Of a stretch of 64,000 nucleotides of DNA, positions 37,070 to 50,440 are shown one piece after another. The stretch's first letter is position 1. Each line of letters starts with the position of its first letter. The notes under the pieces were generated by a model. It did not search any database. It was not told where the DNA came from and saw only the letters and a list, made by a program, of their open reading frames with translations. The translations under genes and the position numbers were made by a program. Source of the stretch: Octopus vulgaris (Eukaryota); NCBI GenBank assembly GCA_951406725.2, contig OX597818.1, positions 124,682,001 to 124,746,000 on the forward strand, read 5' to 3'.

Positions 37070-39805
37070 GTAAGTTTGTTTTAGGATGTTATGTATTCCA
37101 GAATTTCCTTTTATATTGTCATTGTATTTTGTTTCTATATTTGTCTGTTGCTTTTTACTTGCCAAACCTGAATTTGAAGAAATGCCATTTTGCATTCCAT
37201 GACTTCGAAATTAATGGACACACGGTGGCACGTAAAAAGCACCATCCATCCGTGGCCGTTTGCCAGCCCCATCTGGCACCTGTGTGGGTGGCACGTAAAA
37301 AGAAACCCACTACACTCACGGAGTGGTTGGCGTTAGGAAGGGCATCCAGCTGTAGAAACATTGCCAGATCAGACTGGGCCTGGTGCAGCCTTCTGGCTTC
37401 CCAGACCCCAGTTGAACCGTCCAACTCGTGCTAGCATGGAAAGCGGACATTAAACGATGATGATGATGATGATGCATGATTGTGTGGATAAGAAGCTTGT
37501 TTTCTAAACCAAGTGACTTTGCTTTCAAGGCAGATCTCTTAAAGTATAGCCTCTGCTTAATCAAAGATGGTGTGTATTGTTGTTTGTCATCAGCATTTTG
37601 ATGTCTGCTTTCCATGCTGGCATAGGTTAGATATCTTGACCAGATCTACCAAGCTGGAGGAACATGATTTGCTCCATGTTCCCACTTTTGACATGCTTCC
37701 TGTGACTGGATTCCTTTTCTAATGTCAAAACATACATACACACACACACACTAACTGCAGAAATGGAAAAACAGTGATTTAGAGAATCATGGTAATATAG
37801 TTTGGGAACAGGGTAAAAATATTTAAGCATGAAAATTACATTTTGACTTTAACCCTTTAGCATTTAGACCAACCATATCCAGCCGAAAGATGCTCCCTGT
37901 TTTATGTTCTAACTCACCAAATCCAGGCTGTCTCACATACCCTTCAATGTTATTCTAAAAATATACAATAGGCGCAGGAGTGGCTGTGTGGTAAGTAGCT
38001 TGCTAACCAACCACATGGTTCTGAGTTCAGTCCCACTGCATGGCATTTTAGGCAAGTGTCTTCTGCTATAGCCCCGGGCCGACCAATGCCTTGTGAGTGG
38101 ATTTGGTAGACGGAAATTGAAAGAAGCCTGTCATATATATGTATATATATATATGTGTGTGTGTGTTTGTGTGTCTGTGTTTGTCCCCCTAGCATTGCTT
38201 GACAACCGATGCTGGTGTGTTTACGTCCCCGTCACTTAGCGGTTCGGCAAAAAGAGACCGGTAGAATAAGTACTGGGCTTACAAAGAATAAGTCCCGGGA
38301 TCAAGTTGCTCGACTAAAGGCGATGCTCCAGCATGGCCGCAGTCAAATGACTGAAACAAGTAAAAGAGTAATCACATCAAAATTTCAAAGTTATGAGATA
38401 ATGCATGATTAATTAAAAATAATATGAATGAAAAAAGTATTAAATTTGTCAATAACCATCACCATCATAATCAATAATAATCATCATCATCATTGTTTAA
38501 CGTCCGCTTTCCATGCTAGCTTGGGTTGGATGATTTGACTGAGGGCTGGCGAACCAGATGGCTGCACCAGGCTCCAATCTTGATCTGGTAGAGTTTCTAC
38601 AGCTGGATGCCCTTCCTAATGCCAACCACTCCAATAGTGTAGTGGGTGCTTTTACGTGCCACCAGCACGGAGGCCAGTCAGGTAGTACTGGCAATGACCT
38701 TGCTCGAATGTTTTTTCATGTGCCACCGGCACAAGTGCCAGTAAGGCGATGCTGGTAACAATCACGCTCGAATGGTGCCTTTTACGTGCCACCGGCACGG
38801 AAGCCAGTTAGCCACTCTGGCAACGATCACGCCTCTAAGGCAACGCTGGTAACGATTACACTCAAAGAGTTAGAATATTTAATAATCCAATATTTTGGAC
38901 AAATATGTCCTTCTTCATAGAGTAAAGAGAAGAGGAAAATGGCTATGCTCATTGGAGGTTTATGTCTGTATGATTTTATACCCAATTGAACCAGCCAGGA
39001 TCCCTGGTCTGGTGGTACGTAAAAAGCACTATCCGACTCGTGGCCGATGCCAGCACCGCCTCGACTGGCTTCCGTGCCGGTGGCACGTAAAATACACCAA
39101 TCCGACCGTGGCCATTGCCAGCCTCGCCTGGCACCTGTGCAAGTGGCACGTAAAAAGCACCCACTACACTCACGGAGTGGTTGGCGTTAGGAAGGGCATC
39201 CAGCTGTCGAAACATTGCCAGATAAGACTGGAGCCTGGTGCAGCCTTCTGGCTTCCCAGATCCCCGGTCGAACCGTCCAACCCATGCTAGCATGGAGAAC
39301 GGACGTTAAACGCTGATGATGATGATGATGATACACACGCACACATATTAGTGTATAGTTTTTTACTTTTAAAAATACACAAACATGAAAGTGTACAATG
39401 TAACAATGTGTTAGAATGTAGTTTATTGTTTGTTTGTAAAGGTGTAAGATTGAGAGAAATTATATTCCCATATAACAGGTTCATTGCAGCTGAGTGCAGT
39501 TGATGGCAAGGTTTATTGAAGAAAATCATTGTTTGGTAGTGCAATCCTTGTTTGCCTTACACATAAATAACACATATACATGGGTGCGCTGGGGTGGGAT
39601 AAGTGCTGATTGCTTTTCATACAATTGGTGTTGCTTATTTACAATCCTCCATGAGAGCATGTCTAAGCTGTTCATTTTCCAGTAGACTAGGGGGAAAGGT
39701 TACCTTGCTTAGAAACATGGAAATTTGACTTTAGTAAGGTTTGAACTCAGAAAATAATGAAATAAAACGCTTCCATAAAACTGAATGCTAATCCTATATA
39801 TACAC

Positions 39806-40790
39806 TTCTATATTTAAGAGATGAGAAATTATTTACATTTGAAAGATATTTGACCTCATCTTATTTGTTGTTAACACAATGTTTCAGCTGATATACCCTC
39901 CAGCCTTCATCAGGTGTCTTGGGGAAATTTCGAACCTGGGTTCTCATTCCTAAGGTATTTTTCGGTGTTATTATTATTATTATTATTTCACTGGTACCAT
40001 AATATTCAAGCCAGGTGGTATTAGCTTTGAGTCTCTATATCTACACAGGAAAGTTAGATGGTTTGAAAGACGATCTAGTTTTTTTATGGAGTTTCTGTAA
40101 ATATCTCCATTGAAGTCTAATGTCAGCTCCATACTAATTAAATAATACAGTTCTATATTTAAGAGATGAGGAATTATGTACATTATTTACATTTGAAAGA
40201 TATTTGACCTCATCTTATTTGTTGTTAACACAACGTTTCAGCTGATATACCCTCCAGCCTTCATCAGGTGTCTTGGGGAAATTTCGAACCTGGGTTCTCA
40301 TTCCTAAGGTATTTTTCGGTGTTATTATTATTATTATTATTATTTCACTGGTGCCATGATATTCAAGCCAGGTGGTATTAGCTTTGAGTCTCTATACCTA
40401 CACAAGAAAGTTAGATGGTTTGAAAGACGAGCTAGTTTTTGATGGAGTTTCTCTATATGTCTCCATTGAAGTCTAATGTCAGCTCCATGCCAATTAAATA
40501 ATAAAGTTTTATATGGTGACATACAGAGAAACTCCATCAAAAACTAGCTCCTCTTTCAAACCATCTAACTTTCCTGTGTAGATGTAGAGACTCAAAGCTG
40601 GCTTGAATATTATGACACCAGTGGAATAATAATAATAACAACAACAACATCGAAAAATACCTTAGGAATGAGAATCCAGGTTCGAAATTTCCCCCAAGAC
40701 ACCTGATGAAGGCTGGAGGGTTCATCAGCCGAAACGTGTTAACAACAAACAAGATGAGGACAAATATCCATCAAATGTCAATAATGTAAC
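39806..40790 (-). mobile_element. tandem (2 x ~350 bp) plus inverted array of Penelope pLTR-like units, each with a minimal hammerhead motif
   Basis: Units 39806-40150 and 40151-40505 on -, inverted copy ~40520-40790 on +. Each encodes the PLE N-terminal-like peptide KLARLSNHLTFLCRYRDSKLIPPGLNI. Hammerheads at 39873-39918(-), 40227-40272(-), 40698-40740(+). Confidence 0.8.
40227..40272 (-). ncRNA. minimal type I hammerhead ribozyme motif
   Basis: GACAC-CTGATGA-AGGCTG(loop)CAGCT-GAAACGTT-GTGTT: stem I GACAC/GTGTT and a palindromic AACGTT in place of stem III. Confidence 0.65.
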
Positions 40791-40877
40791 CCTATGTATA
40801 TTTTCTAATTTCTTGAGTAAATTCATTTTCTTTTTTCAAATTCTAAATTCTGATTATCTTTTCCTCCTCATTTTCAG

Positions 40878-40968
40878 GACATTTACAGATAAACCTTGTA
40901 AAAGTCTACACACTCAAAAACATCGACAAATATTTCATGAACCTGAAGAAAGTTTCTGGATGGTTGTG
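40878..40968 (+). CDS. CCZ1: CCZ1 exon 3
   Basis: TTTCAG|(K)TFTDKPCKSLHTQKHRQIFHEPEESFWMVV|GTAAAT; 91 nt, phase 2-0. Confidence 0.95.
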
Positions 40969-41885
40969 GTAAATTTAAGAGTTTATTTTGTCCATTTTTG
41001 TTTTTCTTTTTTTTTCTTTTTTTTTCTTTTTTTTGTTTAATGTTGTTAGAGCTTCTTTGTAATCTTTGTGTAATCACTAGAACTTTGGATATCTTCATGG
41101 GCAGAAAAAGAGGGACTAGCAATGCCACTGTAGACAGATGGAGCAGCTTTTCGGTCATTAACCCTTTTGATATCAACCTGCCTGAGACTCACCTTGTCAT
41201 CTTATACTTCGTATTGGATTTCACAACTTGGACCTAGGAAGACATGGGATGAGGTGGTGAAATATATGGAGGCAATGACAAGTGACCGAGACTTCTGGTG
41301 ATTTGCTGTGCTTGAGAAGACACATCAAGCTAAGTGAAATCGTGGTCATGGCCTGTGACACATAAAATGCACCCAGGACCCTGTAAAATGGTTCGCATTA
41401 AGAAGGAAAGTCAAGCCAAAACAGCAAAAGAGCCTGCCTCAGCTTTCTGGCTTACTAACTCTGGTCAAACCATCTAATGGATATTAAATGATGAGAATGT
41501 GGATGATCCATTCTTTTCAGTCCAGATGGCACTATAGTACTCCAATCTATTTTACTCACTCTCTCTCTATATCACTATTTTACATATTATATGTTATTAA
41601 CCGTAGCTTCTATTGCACTCTAGTTGAAAAGTTTAGTCATTTGTTTAAACTGTTAGCATTGTGACCGAATCTACCTCAACAGTCTCTCACTAAAAATACA
41701 ATTCTAATTTCTTTGAACAACATTCACTGTAAACACACTATAGCCATGGCTTAGATACAGGTGCTTACCCTTAATTAATTTTGTATTAGAGGCATCTCTG
41801 AACACTGCCTCTATGTATATAAGCTATTCCTCACTGAATAATAACTACAGAAAGCATCTGTGTTTTTGTGATCATGTATATGCTG

Positions 41886-42222
41886 TAGGCGCATGGCTCA
41901 GTGGTTAGAGCGTCGAGCTTACGATCGTGAGGTTGTGAGCTCGAATCCCGGACCGGGCTGTGTGTTGTGTTCTTGAGAAAGACACTTTATTTCACGTTGC
42001 TCCAGTTCACTCAGCTGTAGAAATGAGTTGCGACGTCACAGGTGCCAAGCTGTATCGGCCCTTGCCTTTCCCTTGGACAACATCGGTGACATGGAGAGGG
42101 GAGGCCGGTATGCATGGGCGACTGCTGGTCTTCCATAAAACAACCTTGCCCAGACTTGTGCCTCAGAGGGTAACTCTCTAGGTGCAAACCCATTGTCAGT
42201 GTCTGACCGAAGGGGGTCACCA
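41886..42222 (+). mobile_element. tRNA-derived SINE (V-SINE-like central region)
   Basis: Head GGCGCATGGCTCAGTGGTTAGAGCG...GCTCGAATCCC. Related copy at 63342-63900 with a nested Deu-type SINE; tail fragment at 30890-31085(-). Confidence 0.75.
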
Positions 42223-42229
42223 CCATATG

Positions 42230-42520
42230 CTGTAGTCTGTGATTTTCGACATGGAAAGGAAGTTGGAACAAAGAGCCAACATGAAATTTTGTGTTGAACT
42301 TGGGAAATCTGCTACAGAGACATTGAGCATGCTTCAGCAAGCTTATGGCAATGAGGCAATGGGTTGTACGCATCTGGTGAATAGGGTGGGTGCGGAAACA
42401 ATACCAGATTATTTTTGGTGAGAAACTCACGAGTGAGGAGAGCTCGGTGATAGGGTGCATTGTCGTCATGAATAATCCAATTCTTTGTTCTCTGCAAATC
42501 CAGTCGCTTTTGCTGAGCTC
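42230..42520. mobile_element. rearranged mariner fragments (opposite orientations joined)
   Basis: MERKLEQRANMKFCVELGKSATETL on + is fused to WIIHDDNAP...PHPPYSPD on -. Both match the element at 42742-43976. Confidence 0.7.
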
Positions 42521-42741
42521 ATATCAAAAAACACAATCTAATGAGTCAACTGTCAAATTTTTCTGTGCTGCCATAGGTGTAGACATGGCTGTGTGTATAA
42601 AAAGTTTGCTTCAGACCTATGTGGTTAAGAGCTGATTACACACTGCATAGACCTTGTTGGCTGGTGGCTTCTATTACAGAGACAGATTGTCCTGTGCCAT
42701 TTTAGTGAAACTGGGAAAAGCCCATCGTGTGTGTATGTCTA

Positions 42742-43976
42742 CAAGGTGGTATCAAAAAATTCCAGGACTAGTTATGTTAAATAAACAAATAACAGGAGTG
42801 GCTGTGTGGTAAGTAGCTTGCTTACCAACCACATGGTTCCGGGTTCAGTCCCACTGCATGGCACCTTGGGCAAGTGTCTTCTACTATAGCCTCGGGCCGA
42901 CCAAAGCCTTGTGAGTGGATTTGGTAGACGGAAACTTAAAGAAGCTTGTCGTATATATGAATATATATGCGTGTGTTTGTCCCCCTAGCATTGCTTGACA
43001 ACCGATGCTGGTGTGTTTATGTCCCCGTTACTTAACGGTCCGGCAAAAGAGACCGATAGAATAAGTACTGGGCTTACAAAAGAAAAAGTCCCGGGGTCGA
43101 GTTGCTCGATTAAAACGGTGCTCCAGCATGGCCGCAGTCAAATGACTGAAACAAGTAAAAGAGTAACTTATTTACCTAAGTTTAACATCATCTCCTTCGA
43201 AATAGTCACCTTGCGCAACAATTCACCAGTCCCAACTTTTCTGTCACTTTTGGAATACAGCCTTGAAATCCTTTTCCACAAGTGAGTTGAGGACTTTCTG
43301 TGATTTGTTCTTGATTTTGACAATGTTATTAAAACGGTGACCTTTGAGCTGCATTTTTAACTTGAGGAAAGTCTGCAGGTGCTAAATCTGGTGAATAGGG
43401 TAGGTGCGGAAACAATACCAGATTATTTTTGGTGAGAAACTCGTGAGTGAGGAGAGCTTGGTGATGGGGTGCATTGTCGTCATGAAGAATCCAATTCTTT
43501 GTTCTCTGCAAATCCGGTCGCTTTTGCTGAATTTCCTTCCTCAAATGCTTCAAAATGTTATTGATTTTCCTCCGACAATCCTCATGCACAAGCTGATGAA
43601 TTTTCTCCACATTTTTGGGGGTGATGCTCATGGCAGGTCTTCCAGATTGCTCATCATCTTCCAGGGACATTCTTCTGCTTTTGAAGCACCCATGCCATAA
43701 GCTTGCTGAAGCATGCTCAACGTCTCTGTATCAGATTTCCCAAGTTCAACACAAAATTTCATGTTGGCTCTTTGTTCCAACTTCCTTTCCATGTCGAAAA
43801 TCACAGACTACAACATATACATGATCACAAAAACACAAATTTCACAACCTGTGAAGTAAACGCAATGATGTTACTTGGCACACTGCCTCATGAAGGTCTC
43901 ACTGCACATGCAACTACTTGCTGCCATCTGTTGGAGCGCTACAGAACTAGTTGGAGAACTTTTTGATACCAGCTCA
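42742..43976 (-). mobile_element. mariner (DD34D) element, deleted, with nested CORE-like SINE
   Basis: TIRs GGTATCAAAAAATTCC / GAACTTTTTGATACC. Transposase remnants SLEDDEQSGRP and WILHDDNAPHH...PYSPDLAPADF. Confidence 0.85.
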
Positions 43977-44689
43977 CACATGCACATAAATGGTTATGTA
44001 TTTCCTTTGTTATGCCATGTGCGCCTTGATTTTGAGTAAAACATCCCCTTTCAGATAGTGTTTGTTTGTTTGCAGTTATCCTCCACAAAAGCATGCCCAA
44101 GCTATTCATTATTTGTTAGTCATGGGGAAAATATTACCTTGCTTGCAAACAAGTGAGGGTTTGCCACAGGAAGAGCATCCAACTGTGGAAATATTTGCTT
44201 CAACAAAGTTTTGTCAGACCTGTGGAAGCATGGAAAAGTGGACGTTAAAATAATGATGATGATGATGATGGTAATGACAACAGCAGTGCTTTAAGTAGTG
44301 GGTTCCTGTCCTCTGTTACTTATCTTCAGTTACATAGAGATAGTACCGTTTGAAAGGGAAAAGTCTTGGTCCCCATACACTCCACACTCTCTCTCTCACT
44401 CACTCACACACACACACACACACACAATAGTAGTGTTGATGACAGCATATGATGTTGTCAACTAATGTATTCTATGAATGATCAAAGTTTACACACACAC
44501 ACATACATACATGTACATCCATGTTTGTTTATCATTTAATATCATTTAACATCCATTTCTGTAGCTTCACAGGAATTAATTTGGGGACAGGGTTTTGACA
44601 GCTGGATGTTCTTTCTGGTTCCAACCCTCACCTGTTTTGCAGGTCAGGGATATCCATATTCCACAAATTTTTTAAATATCATAATGACT

Positions 44690-45135
44690 CATTCTATCAT
44701 AGAAGCCACAGTCCAACCAATTCTACTATATGGCTCAGAAACCTGGACGTTATCAAAGAAGCTTGAGAGGTGGTTGGATGGCACTTACACTCGCCTCTTT
44801 ATGAGACCTCAAAATCTCTTGTGGAAACGGCATCCAACCAAAGTACAAATATATGGGAAATTACCACCTGTATCATCTCTTGTGAAAGGTAGAAGAGTCC
44901 AGTTTACTGGACATTGTTGTAGAGCTGAAAACAAGGTAATTTCTACTCTTCTCCTCTGGAAGCCATCTACTCGCAATACCAGAGGGCGCACACTCTCCTA
45001 CCCTGATGTAATCTCCAGGGATACAGACATCCAGCAACAGGACCTCAGTAATGCTATGATGGACCATTAAGTCTGGCGTAACATAGTAAATTCCATTGTC
45101 TCGACCACGGTCGAACAATGATGTTGATGATTCTA
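44690..45135 (+). mobile_element. RTE-like LINE 3' fragment (second family)
   Basis: ATVQPILLYGSETWTLSKKLERWLDGTYTRL...RRVQFTGHCCR, then a short GAT tail. Confidence 0.8.
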
Positions 45136-45454
45136 TCATAATATCAACACAGAATGCAAGCATCACCACCACTCAAAAATTAAGAAGCAAGAATTTAACA
45201 TTCATGTACACACACACACAAAAATGGATTTACTACAGTTTCTATCTACCAAATTTATTCATAAAGCATTGGTCAGCTGGAGTCTCTTATAAAAGATAGT
45301 TGCCCAGTCAGCCATACAGTGGAACCAAACACAAAACCATGTAGTCGCAAAACAGACTTTTTAACCACATATCTGTGTCTGCACCTATACATATATATAC
45401 ATTTCTACATATGTTTTATATATATATATTAATTCTTTTTATATATGCTTCCAG

Positions 45455-45577
45455 ACTATTACAATACCATCAAGTGAAAAAATAAAGGATGGACAGTCAT
45501 TTATTGACTATCAAGATGAAGAAGTACAAGATCTAGTGTATGATTGTGTTTTAAAACAAGCTTACCGGATGTTTAAG
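45455..45577 (+). CDS. CCZ1: CCZ1 exon 4
   Basis: TTCCAG|TITIPSSEKIKDGQSFIDYQDEEVQDLVYDCVLKQAYRMFK|GTATGT; 123 nt, phase 0-0. Confidence 0.95.
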
Positions 45578-45602
45578 GTATGTTCAGTGGATCATTCACT
45601 CA

Positions 45603-47015
45603 TCTATATATATATATAAAATTCTCCGTCTGTTTGTCCCCTATGCATTCTCAAATAGCTCCACCAGATCAAATCAAATTTTACAAGGTAATAGTATTAC
45701 ATCCCGCAAGTGTCAACATGTAATTTTCATTTTCATTTGGATTAAAACAATGTAACATTTTCTCTAAAATAATCTTTCTACAGTCAACTATAGTAAAGGA
45801 CATTTTATACCATAACAACGATGACACATTTTGTATATGAATGTGTGTATGTGTCTGTGAGTGTGTGTGTGTGTTTGTGCATTTGATACGTACAAGATAG
45901 TAAAGGACATTTTATACAACCTCCACCACATATTTTGTTTACGAGTGTGTGTGTGTGTGTCTGAGAGTGTGTGTGTTTGTATGTTCATTATGTACAACAT
46001 AGTAAAGGACATTTTATATTACCATCATGACACATTTTGTATGAATGTGTCAGTGAGTGTGTGTATGTTTGCACATTCATTATGTACCATATAGTAGAGG
46101 ACATTTTATACCACCACCACACATTTTGTATATGAGTGTATGTCTCTGTGAGTGTGTGTTTGTGCATTTATTACATATGAGATAGTAAAGGACATTTTAT
46201 ACCATGACAATGACACATTTTGTGAGTGTATGTGTCTGAGTGTGTGTGTTTGCATGTTCATTATGTAAATGTATATCTGTGTGTGTCTGTCTTAGTATAT
46301 GTATGTGAGTGTATGTGAGACTGTATCTGTGATTGTCAATTACACTGCTGTAAACTGGCTTTGTGAAAGAGCTATACTGGCTCCAACTGATGAAATGGTT
46401 GATAGACTCAATCATGAACTTCTTCAAAACTTAACAGATACATCAGAAATGACTTTCCCATCAATTCACACAACAGTTGATCAAGATCAAGCGGTTCAAT
46501 ACTCTGTTGAATTTCTGAACACACTTTCATGAAGCCCCATGTCCTACAGGCAACAATCATAACAGGCAGTCACTAAGAAGAAAATGTCCTTTATTCCAAA
46601 ATTTCCTCTCATACCTACAGATTTTCCATTTGAATTTAAGAGGCTTCAGTTCCTAGTCAAACTAAGTTTTGGTATTCCAATTAACAAATCTCAGGTAGGG
46701 TCAGTCCCTCAATGTAGTTGGACTTCTCTCTACTACACGCTTCTCCCACGGCTAACTCTATGTTGGAAGCAGCAACAATTTATTTATTTGGACACTAACA
46801 AAAGATTACACAATGAATATTGTTTACCATGAGGTGCTTCAAGATCAACAGATTTTCAGTTCTAAATTCTATTATCATTACAATTTGAATATTTTTTGAT
46901 AAAATATAGATATTTTGAAATAATTTTGAGCAAAAATATATATCTTCATATTTATTGTTTACTTATCTGAATAAGAACACCAGTAACCTGGGCAATGCTG
47001 GGTAATTCAGATTTA
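45603..47015 (+). mobile_element. Helitron with Pif1-helicase remnants and an internal ~100-bp minisatellite
   Basis: 5' A|TCTATATA; helicase remnants WLCERAILAPT, QYSVEFLNTL and IPTDFPFEFKRLQFLVKLSFGIPINKSQ; degenerate 3' hairpin CCTGGGCAATGCTGGG; tandem units ATAGTAAAGGACATTTTATA at 45790-46330. Confidence 0.85.
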
Positions 47016-47478
47016 GATTGAACCTAGTATTGTATTTAATGGTGTAAATTATGCACGGGTATCTTAGATGCACCTCAATTTCAACAGCACATATTCAGCA
47101 TTAGGGACAAAATTAGCTTATGGGAGACACAACTTTGCATATAGGATTTAGGGTGATTCTTTTGAGACATTTTTTTTTCCAAAAAAATGCATCATATGTC
47201 ACCAAATATGATAGGTCAGATCTTAAAATGTTGGATATCTAAGATAACAAATCGCAATATGTAATCAGATGTGCTTCATTACAGACCTATCCAACCCATA
47301 CCACCACCCTAGAAAAACAAACATTTCAGATACGCAAATAATAATGAAAATGACAACAGCAGTGAGGTTAGATATAACAAACATGAAAATAATGTTGATG
47401 GAAGGGATGGGTGATGATAAACATGACAGTGAATTTTCCAAATATGTAATTAAAACTGTGCTGTTGGTTGTTTTCCAG

Positions 47479-47568
47479 CTATTTAATGGAAGCTTCATGA
47501 ACATTCTCCAGCGCTCAAAACAGTCTGTAGTGGCATTACAACAACGATTAGAATACTTCTTTGCAAGG
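47479..47568 (+). CDS. CCZ1: CCZ1 exon 5
   Basis: TTCCAG|LFNGSFMNILQRSKQSVVALQQRLEYFFAR|GTAAGT; 90 nt, phase 0-0. Confidence 0.95.
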
Positions 47569-49048
47569 GTAAGTATCATTTTGTATTTATTCCAGCATCT
47601 TTATTTTTACCTTTTCTGTTTTTTGTCTCTCTCATCATTTGTCCTCTTACAAATCTACAAGGATGTAGTACTATGGTTGTTAAGAACAGTGAAGCCATGC
47701 ATTAGGAATAAAATTTCTGTCTGTGCCTCCCTTCTTCCACACACACATTTTGAGAGAAAAAGATATCCATACAAATATATATATGCAATGTTAAAGCTTG
47801 TCTCTCCCTCACTATTTTATTATTTCCCATTGGATGAAATATCCTTGGTTACATAGGGTTTGGGTTAGGGTTATCGATCAACATCAATGGAAATTGTAGC
47901 TGTGATACCAGTGCCGATGGCACGTAAGAGAACCATCCAAATGTGGCCGTTGCCAGTGCCGCCCCGACTGGCCTCCGTGCCGGTGGCATATAAAAAGCAC
48001 CATCCGATCATGGCCGTTTGCCAGCCTCGTCTGGCACCTGTGCAGGTGGCATGTAAAAAGCACCCACTACACTCACGGAGTGGTTGGCGTTAGGAAGGGC
48101 ATCCAGCTGTAGAAACACTGCCAGATCAGACTGGACTTGGTGCAGCCTTCTGGCTTCCCAGACCCCCAGTTGAACCGTCCAACCCATGCTAGCATGGAAA
48201 ACGGACGTTAAACGATGATGATGATGACATACTTCTAATATCAGTCAATACAATAAATAGTAAAGGTTTTCTAGACACTCCAAGACAATGGTCATACAAT
48301 CCATCTATACATGAAACCAATAAAAATGTCACAGATTATCTTGCACTTGTTTCTTGCATTCATGCACAAGACCTACTACCTACTAATCTCCTCAGTGTAG
48401 CTGCAAACTGCATTCGACTACTTAAATGATAAAAATAATAGAATGCATTCATGTTCATCATCAAATGAAAATTTAAAAAAATTAACACTTTAAGTGATAA
48501 CATTTGATACTGTGAATGATTTTTAATACCTAGGTTAATCTGTGATGATCTCAATCAAGGTTTATATGTGATGATCACTTGGAAGTTAATGATACGATCA
48601 GCTTGCAGCAAAGTGGCCAATATTTGGACATCTAATTTAAACCAATCCTTAATTAATATCTTTTGTGCTTTCATTGAGCCATATCTCTTGTTTTCGGAAA
48701 ACACACCCTACACTAAAATTTATTGGTTTTTATCACTTCCCTCACAAGCAGTGAGGCAACATAAAGTACAATCTGCTGGGCCCTACTTAAAGGAAAAAGA
48801 TGAGCCAGCATCATTATTTGTCCTTTGAAGATCTCAGGCAGTTGTTGAGAAAAGTCACAAGCCTTCCTATACAGAATTCATCACCAGATATTTTTGAGAT
48901 ATGAGGTCTGAGACTTTAGTTTGATAATGCAGGACTATGCCCTGAGGAACAGTTGTGAGAGTGAAAATCTCAATCTCTATCAATTCTCTTGTTTTTTGTG
49001 GGTTTTTTTCTCTTTTATTCATTTATCTTTCTTGTTTTTGTTTTGTAG

Positions 49049-49224
49049 TATTTACTTACTTTAAAACTATGTCAAAGTGACATCCTTGATGTTTTTGATG
49101 GAATTCACTTTCTGCCTCTGAATAAGAACACCTATCTCCGCATGAAATGTTTCATAAACCAGGTGGAGGCCCAATTCCCAGAAATCAAATACACAGCATT
49201 CCTCTATAATGACCAGTTAGTGTG
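49049..49224 (+). CDS. CCZ1: CCZ1 exon 6
   Basis: TTGTAG|YLLTLKLCQSDILDVFDGIHFLPLNKNTYLRMKCFINQVEAQFPEIKYTAFLYNDQLV(W)|GTAAGT; 176 nt, phase 0-2. Confidence 0.96.
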
Positions 49225-50287
49225 GTAAGTAAGAGTTCATTTGTCTGACTCTGGTTAAACTATCTCAGCATTTAGCACAAGGAGTTTCAGACTCATCGTT
49301 ACTTCTTAATTAGACAAAGCAGTCATAATCATGTACTTAGTGAATTCACTTTACAATAACATGATTCTGTCTGATCCCTCTAGACCAGTGCTTATCAAAC
49401 TGGGGTCCATATAATGTCTTGTTGTTAGAATTTATCAGCCATAAAATTGGTTGTACTTCTAGAATACACAAAATATTTTTACAATCTTTTAATATGTTGA
49501 AAATGTTGTAGAAGCCATTTGGATAATCTGTAGTTTTCTTAGATGCTGGACTTTATCCATTGATCAATTTTTTCCACCCCTTCTCTCACCACTCTTGGAG
49601 CTTCTGCAAAAGATCTTAGGTACTTTTCCTTCTTCTCTGCTTAAACCATATTTATTTAAATGCATATTTGAATATGTTGAGTGTTTTCCTCACTTGTTAT
49701 TTTCTGTATCATCCTATATATTTCAAAATGCTATATCTGCCACATGACTACAAAATATATTTATGTAGAAGCCAAGAGAGGGAACCTCTATATTGGTGGT
49801 TCTCGACATTACATCTATGAAGGACCCATTTTATTCAAATGGATTTTGTTTTTTATATACACCCCATCCTCTTGAAAGGTCTGTCAGCTCAACAAATTTT
49901 GAACTCAGCTCGCAGACCCTTGTACTAGCTTTGTGGATCCCCAGAGGTCTGCAGACTCTAGCTTTGATGCACTTTGACCTGCTTCTAGAATGGCATTAAA
50001 GTTTTAGTAGAAGGTACTTACTGACAGTGTAAGGCAGTGCAATCAAATCTGAAACCATACGGTTACAAAGCAAGGTTGCATGGACACACCCATGCTTGCA
50101 GCTCATTAATCTTACATAAATACTGTTGTGACTTTTGGGACAGATGAACAGAATATAGTATGTTTCCATATTTTTTGTTCATTCCTACCATTCTGTGTTA
50201 CTATTTTTTATGCTCTCCTATTTTCTTTTTTATATTACATTTCACAATTTGATCAATGTAGTATTACATGTCCACCTTCTCACCCAG

Positions 50288-50440
50288 GAGCGGTCTTCAG
50301 CAAGACGACATGAGAATCATGTACCGGTACTTGATCACTGGGCTTTTCCCCAGTTTCTTGGAACAAAACCTAATATCCGAAAACATATCTCCAGTCAAAC
50401 TATCTGGGGTCACTGCAAGCTCACAGGTACATTATGGAAG
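50288..50440 (+). CDS. CCZ1: CCZ1 exon 7
   Basis: CCCAG|SGLQQDDMRIMYRYLITGLFPSFLEQNLISENISPVKLSGVTASSQVHYG(R)|GTATGT; 153 nt, phase 2-2. Confidence 0.95.

Noticed and set aside
45790-46330. Repeat-spacer pattern resembling a CRISPR array
   Set aside because: Eukaryotic context, spacers are related (GT)-rich sequence, it lies inside a Helitron, and there are no cas genes.
47269-47856. 195-aa ORF
   Set aside because: Only 47479-47568 is CCZ1 exon 5; the rest is intronic read-through.
47854-47873. TTAGGG-like telomeric motif
   Set aside because: Only about three degenerate units; too short to call an interstitial telomere.
50427-50440. Alternative donor CAG|GTACAT in CCZ1 exon 7
   Set aside because: Using it would shift the frame and remove the conserved HYGR motif.
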